DNA from: Spirochaetia bacterium | Lineage (GTDB): Bacteria; Spirochaetota; Spirochaetia; SZUA-6; Bin103 | DNA: 64,000 bases | Assembly (NCBI GenBank): GCA_965199955.1 | Contig: CBDATQ010000001.1 | Location: 1,376,001-1,440,000, forward strand | Reading direction: 5' to 3' | Shown here: piece after piece, positions 1-8,412 of the stretch | How the letters are laid out: every line of letters begins with the position of its first letter | Position numbering within the stretch: position 1 is the first letter of the stretch | The notes under the pieces: generated by a model | Told to the model about the DNA's origin: nothing | The model's database searches: none | Seen by the model: the letters and a program-made list of their open reading frames with translations, nothing else | Position numbers and translations under genes: made by a program

Positions 1-1255
1 GGCAGATGACCGACCTGTGCGCGCCGCCGTTCCAGATGGCGCTGGCGACCGAGGGCGCCGGCGGCCGCTGGGACGTGCTGGGCTACCGCTGCGGCAAGCG
101 CACGCCGTGGCAGCTCTGGCGCGCCAGCACCGCCGATGGCAGCACCTTCGAGGACGCGCGGGTCGTCCTGGACTCGAACGACTACACGCTGCCCGACGGC
201 ACGCACTGGCAACACGTGGCCACCGTAAGCTACAGCCCGGAGCAGGAGCGATTCCTGTGCCTGAAGAACGCGGAGGTGCCGGAGGGCTTCGCCACCTACG
301 CCTTCTTGAGCGGCGACGGCGAGTCGTGGGAGGAAGCTCCCAAGCGCCCGGTCTACACCGAGGGGGACCGCTGGGGGGCGATCTGGAGCAGCCCGGCCGG
401 CCGCTACGTCACCTATAACAAGGGCTGGCTGCGCTGCGACCACAAGCGGGTCAATGAGCTGTTCCTGGACGCGCACCGCACGGTCTGCATCCGCTCGAGC
501 CCGGACGGCCTCACCTGGAGCCCGTCGGCGCCGAACGCCTACAAGCTCGGCATGCGCTGGGCGCGGGGCATGCGCAAGGTCGGCGGGCCGCTGGTGCCGC
601 GCGAGTTCCACGTGGCGCCGGACGCCGACGATCCGCCCGACCTGGAGTCTACGCCGCGTGGCCGTTCACGTACGCGGGGCGCTACTTCCTCAACGTGCTG
701 ACCTACTGCGGCAGCTTCCTGCCCAACGGGCTGCCGCCCATGCGCCCCGACGGCCACGGGCCCGGCACCCTGGGCCACGAGCTGTGGGTGAGCGACGACG
801 GGCTCACCTGGGAGCGCCCGTTCCGGGGACAGGACGTGGGCACGAGCATCCTGGCCGGCCCCATCCAGGCGGCCGGCAAGCTGCTGTTCTACCTGCGCGA
901 CCAGGTCTGGGGGGTGCCGGAGGACCGGCTGACCAACGTCAGCGCCCGCTCCAACGGCCTGTTCGAGACGCGCACCTTCACGGTGCCGGACCGGCCGCTG
1001 CGGCTCAACCTGCAGCTTCCGGGCGACGGGTTCGCGAACGACAACAACGAGTCGTACCTGATGGCCGAGCTGGTCGACGACGGCGACCGCGTGATCGACG
1101 GCTATGACCGCAACGCCTGCCTGCTGCAGGGGCCGATCGACGCCACCCGGCTGGAGCTGCGCTGGCAGGGCGCCACCTCCGAGCCGCTGGCCGGCCGGCG
1201 GGCGCGGCTGCGGTTCTGTTTCCGCGGCGCGCGGATCTTCGCGGTCACCGCATGA
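1..1255 (+). CDS. Unknown beta-propeller hydrolase-like protein, paralog of 2269..3639; 5' end outside window; frameshift at ~648
   Basis: ORFs 6..701 and 695..1255 align consecutively to 2269..3639 (ATVSYSPE, EGDxWGAxWS, YNKG, PPDLE, MRPDGHGPG, SNGxFETRTFT). CTGGAGTCTAC here vs CTCGAGTTCTAC in the paralog indicates one missing T. Confidence 0.8.
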
Positions 1256-1279
1256 GCACAACCGAGTAAGGAGTCCACG

Positions 1280-2272
1280 ATGCAAGCGGCACACGTCACC
1301 GTACCCGGCGCGGTCCGGGTCGACACCTTCCCCGATCCCGATCCGGAGGCCGGCCACGCCGTCGTCCGGCCCGAGCTGATCTCGATCTGCGGCAGCGACC
1401 TGCTCGCGGTCTACGATCAGCCGGACGATGCCTACCCGCTGAACCCCGGCCAGAGCGGCCACGAGATCATCGGCGTGGTGGAGGCGGTCGAGTACCGCGG
1501 CAAGACGGTCTTTCCGTTCGAGCCGGGCGAGCGCGTGCTGGCGACGCCGTCACCGCACGTGGGCATGGCCGAGCGCTTCCCGATCGGCCTCGACGCGCTG
1601 GTGCGGGTTCCCGAGGGGGAGCCGGCCGAGCGGCTGGCGATCGCGCAACCACTGGGCACGGTGATCTGCGGCTGCAACAAGCTGCGCGACGTGGCCGGGG
1701 CCACCGCGGCCGTGGTCGGGCAGGGCGGCATCGGCCTGCTGTTCGACCGGATGCTGCGCCGCATGGGAGCCGGCACCGTGATCGGCCTGGACCTGGTCGA
1801 GGCGAGGCGCGCCGCCGGCCTGCGGTTCGGCGCCGACCACGTGATCGACGCCGCCGGTGACGACGTGCCGGCGGCGGTTCTGGAGGCGTCCGGCGGGGTC
1901 GAGCCGCAGATCGTCATCGAAGCGGCCGGGCAGCCGGCCTCGATCAATCTGGCCGTGGAGCTGGTCCGTCCGTTCGGGCAACTCCTGCTGTTCGGCGTGC
2001 CCAAGAAGCCGGCCTTCGAGTTCTCGTACCTGACGTGGTTCCGCAAGCGGCCGCACATTCAGTCCTCATCGATCAGGGACGGCACCGGCTCCGCGCCGTA
2101 CGAGCTGGCGCTCAACCTGATCGCCCGCGGCGACGTCGACGTCGAGGGGCTGATCTCGCACCGGCTGCCGCTGGCGCGCGTGGCCGACGCCTACGAGCTG
2201 GCGCGCACCTGCGGCGATGGGGCGCTGAAGGTGGCCGTCGACTTCCGCGAGGGCGTCGAGGGCCGCGCATGA
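1280..2272 (+). CDS. Zinc-binding (MDR) alcohol/polyol dehydrogenase
   Basis: ICGSD and GHE catalytic zinc motifs, GQGGIG Rossmann motif, AAGGAG RBS; the structural 4-Cys zinc lobe is absent. Confidence 0.9.
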   Translation: MQAAHVTVPGAVRVDTFPDPDPEAGHAVVRPELISICGSDLLAVYDQPDDAYPLNPGQSGHEIIGVVEAVEYRGKTVFPFEPGERVLATPSPHVGMAERFPIGLDALVRVPEGEPAERLAIAQPLGTVICGCNKLRDVAGATAAVVGQGGIGLLFDRMLRRMGAGTVIGLDLVEARRAAGLRFGADHVIDAAGDDVPAAVLEASGGVEPQIVIEAAGQPASINLAVELVRPFGQLLLFGVPKKPAFEFSYLTWFRKRPHIQSSSIRDGTGSAPYELALNLIARGDVDVEGLISHRLPLARVADAYELARTCGDGALKVAVDFREGVEGRA

Positions 2273-3639
2273 CCCTGCGCTTCTGCCACGCCGACGACCT
2301 GCAGAACGTCTGGGGCCACACCACGATCGGCGCCTCCCGGCTGCGCAAGCTCGCCGACTGCGAGCCGCCGCCGTTCCGGGTGTCGTTCTGCCGGCCGCAT
2401 CGAGGAGGCGGCTTCGACGTGTTCGGCGTGCGCGGCGCCAAGGGCATCCCGTGGCAGGTGCTGCGCGCGGACACCGACGACGGCACGGCCTTTCGCGACG
2501 TGCGCGTGGTGCTGGAAGGCGCGGACCTTCCCAAGCCGCCCAACTCGGAGTGGGCGCATACGGCCACCGTCAGCTACAGCCCGGAGCTTGCGCGCTACCT
2601 GGTGCTCAAGAACAGCCGCGACTACGGCGGCAGCTTCGACACGCACGCGTTCGTGTCCGGCGACGGCGAGCGCTGGGAGCCCAGCCCGCACAACCCCGTG
2701 TACCGCGAGGGCGACAACTGGGGGGCGATGTGGAGCCCGGCCGCGCGCCGCTTCATCTGCTACAACAAGGGGGTCGTCCGCGAACCGGACAAGCCGCTCA
2801 ACGAGCTGATCCGCGACGGCATGCGCACCGTGTCGGTGCGCACGAGCCCGGACGGGCTGCGCTGGACGCCGGACGACCCCAACGACTTCGCCAACGGCAT
2901 GCAGCCGGGGTTCGACTTCTCAGGCGTTGCGGAAATGAAGCGGCTGGGCGGGCCACTGCTGGCGCGCGAGCACCAGATCACGCGCGACGAGCTGGACCCG
3001 CCGGACCTCGAGTTCTACGTCGCCCGGCCGTTCCTGTACCGGGGGACCTGCTTCCTGCAGGTGCTCAACTACGTCGGCAGCTTCATGCCGCCGGGCATCG
3101 CGCCGATGCGGCCGGACGGCCACGGGCCGGGGATGCTCGACACCGAGTGGTGGATCAGCCGCGACGGCCTGCGCTGGGAGCGGCCCTTCCGCGGCATGCA
3201 CGCCGGCTCGGTCGTGATCTCGCACAACCCGATGGCGGCTGACGGGATGCTGCGCTTTCACCAGGGGAACGAGAGCTGGGGGATCGGCGAGGATCGGTTG
3301 ACCTTCGTGCAGACCGTCTCCAACGGCGTGTTCGAGACGCGCACCTTCACCCACGGCGGCGGCTCGTTGCGCCTGAACGCGACGGTGCCGGCGCCGGGCG
3401 TCGACAACGGCGACAACCGCGCCTACCTGATGGCGGAGCTGGTCGACGGCGCGGACCGGGTGGTCCCGGGCTACGAGAAGGAGCGCTGCATCGTGCAGGG
3501 GCCGCTGGACGCGCAGGCGGTGCCGCTGCGGTGGGGTGACGCCACGGGAGCGGAGCTGGAAGGCCGGCCGCTGCGGCTTCGCTTCTACTTCCAGGCCGCG
3601 CTCATCTACGCCGTTTCCAGCGGTCCTCACGACACCTGA
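2269..3639 (+). CDS. Unknown beta-propeller glycoside-hydrolase-like protein with C-terminal beta-sandwich
   Basis: ATG 2269 overlaps upstream stop (ATGA); repeated SxDGxxW motifs; paralog at 1..1255. Confidence 0.7.
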   Translation: MTLRFCHADDLQNVWGHTTIGASRLRKLADCEPPPFRVSFCRPHRGGGFDVFGVRGAKGIPWQVLRADTDDGTAFRDVRVVLEGADLPKPPNSEWAHTATVSYSPELARYLVLKNSRDYGGSFDTHAFVSGDGERWEPSPHNPVYREGDNWGAMWSPAARRFICYNKGVVREPDKPLNELIRDGMRTVSVRTSPDGLRWTPDDPNDFANGMQPGFDFSGVAEMKRLGGPLLAREHQITRDELDPPDLEFYVARPFLYRGTCFLQVLNYVGSFMPPGIAPMRPDGHGPGMLDTEWWISRDGLRWERPFRGMHAGSVVISHNPMAADGMLRFHQGNESWGIGEDRLTFVQTVSNGVFETRTFTHGGGSLRLNATVPAPGVDNGDNRAYLMAELVDGADRVVPGYEKERCIVQGPLDAQAVPLRWGDATGAELEGRPLRLRFYFQAALIYAVSSGPHDT

Positions 3640-3656
3640 CCCGCACGGAGCGCGCC

Positions 3657-4886
3657 GTGCCCGGGGGCTGGGGGTCGTTCCTGACCCCGGATCTGTGGCG
3701 CCTGTTCGCCCATCAACTGCTCGACTCCGGGGCGATGCTGCCGCGCGTCATCGCCACCGGCTGGCTGGTGCTGGAGGTGACCGACGCGCCGTTCTGGGTG
3801 GGGGCCGTGTTCGGCATCGAGGGGCTGGTGCTGCTGTCGTGCGGCGGCCTGGGCGGCGTGCTGGCCGCGCGCGTGGAGCGGCGGCGCACGCTTGCGGCCG
3901 TGCAGGGGGCGCTGGCACTTGTGCTCATCGCGATCGCCGCGCTGAACGCGCTCGAGGTGCTGCGCCTCTGGCACCTGGTGGCCGCCGCGGTGCTGACCGG
4001 CCTGGCACGCTGCCTGCACCTCCCGCTGTCGACCGGCCTGCTGCAGCGTGCGGCCGGCCAGGGGCAGTTGATGCGGGCGATGGGCGCCAAGCAGCTGACG
4101 TTCAACATCGGCCGAATGGCCGGCTCCGCTCTCGTCGGCGTGACCATCTCCGCCCTCGGGTTCGCCGCCGCCTTCCTGCTCCTGGCGGTGATCCGGGCCG
4201 GGGCCGCGGCGGTGCTGGCGCGGCTGTCGCCGGAGCTGGGCCGGCCCGCGCCGGTGACGGGCTCGCGGCCGGTGTTCCTGGACCTGGTGCGGCAGCTCCG
4301 CTACACCCTGCGGGTGCCGCGCGTGCGCGCGGTGTTCGCGATGAGCATGCTGATGGAGTTCTGCGTGTTCTCCGTCAGCTCGATGATGCCGGTGCTGGCG
4401 CGCGACGTGCTGGGCGTGGGGGCCGGCGCCCTGGGGGTGCTGACCGCGGCCGGCTCGTTCGGCGCGATCCTGTTCGGGATGGTGATGACGGCGGCGGGCG
4501 AGCTGCGCAGCAAGGGGTCGGTCGCCATGTTGGCGTGCCTGCTGTGCGGCGTGGCCCTGATCGGCTACGCGCTGTCGCGCTGGTTCCTGGTTTCGGTGGG
4601 GATCGCGGTGGTGCTGGGCGTGGCGATGATGGTGTACGACGTGATGCTCTTCACGCTGGTGCAGGTGACAGTGCCGTCGTCGCGGCGGGACCAGTCGACG
4701 GGGCTGCTGGCGCAGACCTTCGGGCTCAACCCGGTCGGCTCGACCCTGGCCGGCGCGGTGGCGCAGGTGGCCGGCATGCCTGCGGCGCTGCTCGCGGCAG
4801 GCGGCATCATCGTCGCCTACACGCTGGCCGTGCTCGCCCCCAAGCGCCGCCTGTGGGACCGGCCCGAGGCGCGCAAGCCGGGCTGA
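3657..4886 (+). CDS. MFS transporter
   Basis: About 12 hydrophobic segments; GGVLAARVERRR resembles MFS motif A. Confidence 0.85.
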   Translation: MPGGWGSFLTPDLWRLFAHQLLDSGAMLPRVIATGWLVLEVTDAPFWVGAVFGIEGLVLLSCGGLGGVLAARVERRRTLAAVQGALALVLIAIAALNALEVLRLWHLVAAAVLTGLARCLHLPLSTGLLQRAAGQGQLMRAMGAKQLTFNIGRMAGSALVGVTISALGFAAAFLLLAVIRAGAAAVLARLSPELGRPAPVTGSRPVFLDLVRQLRYTLRVPRVRAVFAMSMLMEFCVFSVSSMMPVLARDVLGVGAGALGVLTAAGSFGAILFGMVMTAAGELRSKGSVAMLACLLCGVALIGYALSRWFLVSVGIAVVLGVAMMVYDVMLFTLVQVTVPSSRRDQSTGLLAQTFGLNPVGSTLAGAVAQVAGMPAALLAAGGIIVAYTLAVLAPKRRLWDRPEARKPG

Positions 4887-5046
4887 CCGGATGCGCGGCG
4901 GGGCTCATCTGACTCAGACCGAATTCGACGGCCGCTGCGAGTGGATGCGAAACCTCTGGCGGAGCGAAAGCGCCCGCGCCCGCGTGGACGCTTACTCTGT
5001 CGATGGGGCACGACCTGCGGCGGCCGCACGACGAGAGTGGGTGCCG

Positions 5047-5055
5047 TGGTAATCT
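5047..5055 (+). promoter_or_regulatory. Putative extended -10 promoter for the Uma2 gene
   Basis: TGG-TAATCT, 22 nt upstream of ATG 5078. Confidence 0.4.
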
Positions 5056-5077
5056 GTAGCGGTACGGGGGAAAGCGA

Positions 5078-5923
5078 ATGGCCACCTCTCTGCTGGCACC
5101 GGCCCAGGTCGACTATCCGAGCTCCGACGGCCGGCCGATGGCGGAAAGTGATCATCAGCGCACGCCGCTGACCTACGCGGTGGACCGGTTGCGGCATCAC
5201 TTTCGCGACCGTGACGACGTGTACGTGTCGGGCAACCTGTTGATCTACTACGAAGAGGGCAACGTGGGTGCGCGGGTGGCGCCGGACGTGTTCGTGGTGG
5301 TGGGGGCGCCGAATCGGGACCGTTCGAGCTACCTGCTGTGGAACGAACCGAAGGGCCCGGACTTCGTGCTGGACATCACGTCGCGGAGGACGTACCGGGA
5401 GGACCAGGGGCGCAAGCGGGAGTTGTACCGTTCGCTGCGGGTGCAGGAGTACTGGCAATACGACCCGACGCAGGACTACCTGCGGCCGCCGCTGCAGGGG
5501 TTGGAGTTGATCGGGGAGGAGTATCGGAGGCTGCCGGGCAGTGCGTTGCGGGATGGCACGCTGGCGCTGGCCAGCCGGGTACTGGGGCTGGAACTGGGGC
5601 TGATGGAGCGCGGGCTGAGGTTCCACGATCCGAAGACGGGGCAGGACCTGCAGGATCTCGCGGAAACGGACGAGGCACGGCAGCGAGCCGAACAGGAGTG
5701 TCATCAGGAGCGGCAGGCACGGCGACGAGCTGAACAGCAACGGCAGCAGGAGAGGGCGGCGGCGGAGACGCGATTCGCGCAAGAAGCTGCCGCCCGCGAA
5801 GCAGCCGAAGCACGGGTGGCTCAACTGGAGGCGTTGCTGCGGCAGGGGCCCGGCAGTGATTCCGGGGGGAGTGATTCCGGGGGGAGTGATTCCGGGGGAA
5901 GTGATTCCGGGGGAAGCGGGTAA
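5078..5923 (+). CDS. Uma2 (DUF820) family putative PD-(D/E)xK endonuclease
   Basis: YPSSDGRPMAES, VAPDVFVV, PDFVLDITS, EYWQYDP, charged coiled-coil tail. Confidence 0.92.
   Translation: MATSLLAPAQVDYPSSDGRPMAESDHQRTPLTYAVDRLRHHFRDRDDVYVSGNLLIYYEEGNVGARVAPDVFVVVGAPNRDRSSYLLWNEPKGPDFVLDITSRRTYREDQGRKRELYRSLRVQEYWQYDPTQDYLRPPLQGLELIGEEYRRLPGSALRDGTLALASRVLGLELGLMERGLRFHDPKTGQDLQDLAETDEARQRAEQECHQERQARRRAEQQRQQERAAAETRFAQEAAAREAAEARVAQLEALLRQGPGSDSGGSDSGGSDSGGSDSGGSG
5855..5914 (+). repeat. Tandem repeat, 4 x 15 bp AGTGATTCCGGGGG(G/A), encoding (SDSGG)4
   Basis: Read directly; units start at 5855, 5870, 5885, 5900. Confidence 0.95.
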
Positions 5924-5935
5924 GGACCAGGCCGC

Positions 5936-6866
5936 TCAGGCGCCGTCGACCAGGCCGAGCTGCTGCGCCAGCTCGCGGAGCTCCCGCTGCAGCCACGGCG
6001 GTGCGTTGAGGTAGGGCGGCCGCACCACGGGCGAGTCGAACAGCCCCTTCCAGTGCAGGATGTGCTTGCACACCGAGAAGGCATAGGGGTCCGGGGTGCA
6101 GTAGGCGATCATCGGCAGCATGCGGTGGTAGAACAGCCGCCGCGCCTCGTCCCACGCCTGCGCCTGCGCCAGGCGGTGCAGCTCCACCTCGCGCTCCGGC
6201 ATGAACGCCGCGCTGCCGGCCACGACGCCGTCGCTCCCGGAGACGTAGGCCGGCAGGGAGAAGGTGTCCCAGCCGCAGATGTAGGAGAGCTGCGGGGCGG
6301 CCCGCTTGAGCTGGTCGAAGGCGTACACATTGCCGCTCACCTTGACGGTCATGATCCGCTCGATGGACTCCACCAGCGGCAGAACCTCACCCGCGACGTC
6401 GGAGGTTTCCTTCGTTGGTCTGGTCATAGAGCATGACCGGGATCCGCTCGGCGATCTGGCTGAAGAAGCCGTGCAGGTCGCGCTTGCCGAATTTCTTGGT
6501 CATGGCGAAGTCGGCTCCACAGCGGGCGGCAAGCTCGGCAGCGGGCACGCCGCGGTCCTCCTCCACACTGATGATGCCCATGCCCACCGGGATGCGACCG
6601 CGGACGTGCGCCAGGACCATGGTCAGCACATCCTCGATCTCCTCCAGGCTCTGTCCTTCGAACTCCCCGGCCTTGCCGCAGGCGACCACCGCGGACACTC
6701 CGGACTCCAGGGCGAAGTCGAGCTGCCGTTGCATGCTCGCGGCGTCGAACCGCTTCCCGTCGGCCGTGAACGGCGTGAACAGGAGCGTGATCACGCCCCT
6801 GACCGCCTGTCCGTTGCCGACGCTGCGCAGTGTCTGCGCCGGTGTGCTGGTTGCCATGTCGCTCAC
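5936..6866 (-). CDS. DHDPS/NanA-family lyase, frameshifted at ~6401
   Basis: LFTPF, CGKAGEF, MLYD in 6387..6866 continue as VKVS, GSDGVVAG, VRPP in 5936..6427. Removing one C from AACCTCCGAC restores NLDVAGEVL. Confidence 0.85.
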
Positions 6867-8272
6867 CTCCGTCTGCTACGTCCGGCGGCGCGGCGCACCA
6901 GTCCGTAGGGGGCCGTGCGCGCCCGGGTCGGCTCGGCGCCGGGCCAGCGGGCGCCTTCGCGCGCGGGTGCCAGCAGCCGCTTAAGCGTCTCCGCCAGCCG
7001 AGGCGGGAGTCCGTCACCTGCGCCGGCGATCCGCGCCGCCAGGTAGGCTGCGCCCACGTTGGAGTAGGAGTTGCCCAGTCCGGAGAAGCCGGCCAGGCCG
7101 TGGATGCGCCGATCGGCGTCGAACACGCCGATCGCCGGCAGTCCGTCGTAGGTGAACGCCTGCAGCCCGCCCCAGCGGTGGGTGATCGGCGCATCGGCCA
7201 GGTGAGGGAACAGCTCGGCCAGCAGCGCCTGCAGACGCCGCTGATGCGCCAGGGTCGGCTGGAATCCGGCGCTGCCGATGCGGGCGTTGCGGCGGCCGTC
7301 GGCCGCGTACTGGGGGAACAGGCTGTCCGGCTCGTCGCGGTTGCGTGCGCCGCCGAACAGCAGCCGGAAGCGGCCGTCGGCCTCGTTGACCTCGCGCCAC
7401 CATGCGGTGCCTGCGGCGAAGCAGCCTCGGCAGGGACGCTCAGTCATGGGCGCGGTTACCAGCACCTGCCCACGCTCGGCGCGCAGCGTGCCGGTGAGCG
7501 CCGGCAGGAGCTGGGGAACGAGCGCGTTGGTGGCGACGCACAAGTGGGCGGCGCTCACGCTCCCGTGCCGGGTGCGTATCAGGTGAGCGGCGTCGGCGCC
7601 GGAGGACTCCACGGCAACGACCGGCGACGCCTCGAAGATGCGCACCCGCGGGGAGCGCGCCACGGCGGCGCCCAGCCCCACGACGAACCTGCCGGAGTGG
7701 AACTGCGCGTCGCGGTGGAAACGGATGCCGCCGGCGAATAGCGGGCTGCCGGTGACAGCGCGCGCCGCGGCGTCGTCGAGGTACTCGGCGGCAAAGCCGT
7801 CCTCCGCCATCAGGGACGCATCGCGCCGCAGCGGCGCAAGCGCCGCTTCCAGGGCGGGATGGTCGCCGCGCACCAGCACGCACTCGCCTGATACCTCGTA
7901 GTCGCAGGAGATGCCGTGGCGGGCCATCTGCTCTTCCAGCAGGTCCTGGTTGTGGTGGCTGAGCTCGACCAGGGAGCGCGCCACGTCGCGGGAGCCCCGC
8001 GCCACCATCTCCCCGTAGGAGAGCGGCAGCCCGGTGACGATGCAGCCCTGGTTGCGCGAGGATGCGCCTTCGCCCACCTGCTTCGCCTCCAGCACGACAC
8101 AGTCCAGACCGTGTTCCGCGGCGTCGTCGGCCACCTTCAACCCGGCTATCCCGGCGCCCACGATCGCCACGTCGGTGCGCACGTCGCCGGCCAGCGCCGG
8201 ATAGCGTGGCCGCTCGATGTCCAGCCAGAAGGGCAGGCCATAGCCGGTCAGGTCGATGTCGTGTGGCACCAT
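6863..8272 (-). CDS. FAD-dependent oxidoreductase (DAO/PuuB-like)
   Basis: DVAIVGAGIAG, GASSRNQG, WGGLQAFTYDGLPAIG, GFSGLG. Start placed at ATG 8272; stop overlaps the lyase start. Confidence 0.9.
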   Translation of the reverse strand: MVPHDIDLTGYGLPFWLDIERPRYPALAGDVRTDVAIVGAGIAGLKVADDAAEHGLDCVVLEAKQVGEGASSRNQGCIVTGLPLSYGEMVARGSRDVARSLVELSHHNQDLLEEQMARHGISCDYEVSGECVLVRGDHPALEAALAPLRRDASLMAEDGFAAEYLDDAAARAVTGSPLFAGGIRFHRDAQFHSGRFVVGLGAAVARSPRVRIFEASPVVAVESSGADAAHLIRTRHGSVSAAHLCVATNALVPQLLPALTGTLRAERGQVLVTAPMTERPCRGCFAAGTAWWREVNEADGRFRLLFGGARNRDEPDSLFPQYAADGRRNARIGSAGFQPTLAHQRRLQALLAELFPHLADAPITHRWGGLQAFTYDGLPAIGVFDADRRIHGLAGFSGLGNSYSNVGAAYLAARIAGAGDGLPPRLAETLKRLLAPAREGARWPGAEPTRARTAPYGLVRRAAGRSRRR

Positions 8273-8317
8273 CAGCTCGCACTGTACCCGATGCCGGGCC
8301 GTTGCGGATGCGGACCG

Positions 8318-8398
8318 TTCGTGATCGTGGCGGTGCTCTGCTACAACTTGGTCGGCGACGGCGTGCGCGACGCCGCCGACCCGTTCGGCCACCGCTGA
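8318..8398 (+). pseudogene. Orphan 3' tail of an OppC/DppC-type ABC permease
   Basis: FVIVAVLCYNLVGDGVRDAADPFGHR* matches the last 26 aa of 25562..26701 at 16/26 positions. Confidence 0.85.
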
Positions 8399-8412
8399 CA
8401 GGGAGGCTACCC

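Noticed and set aside
5855..5914. Repeat as a CRISPR array
   Set aside because: 15-bp head-to-tail units with no spacers, inside a CDS, and no cas genes
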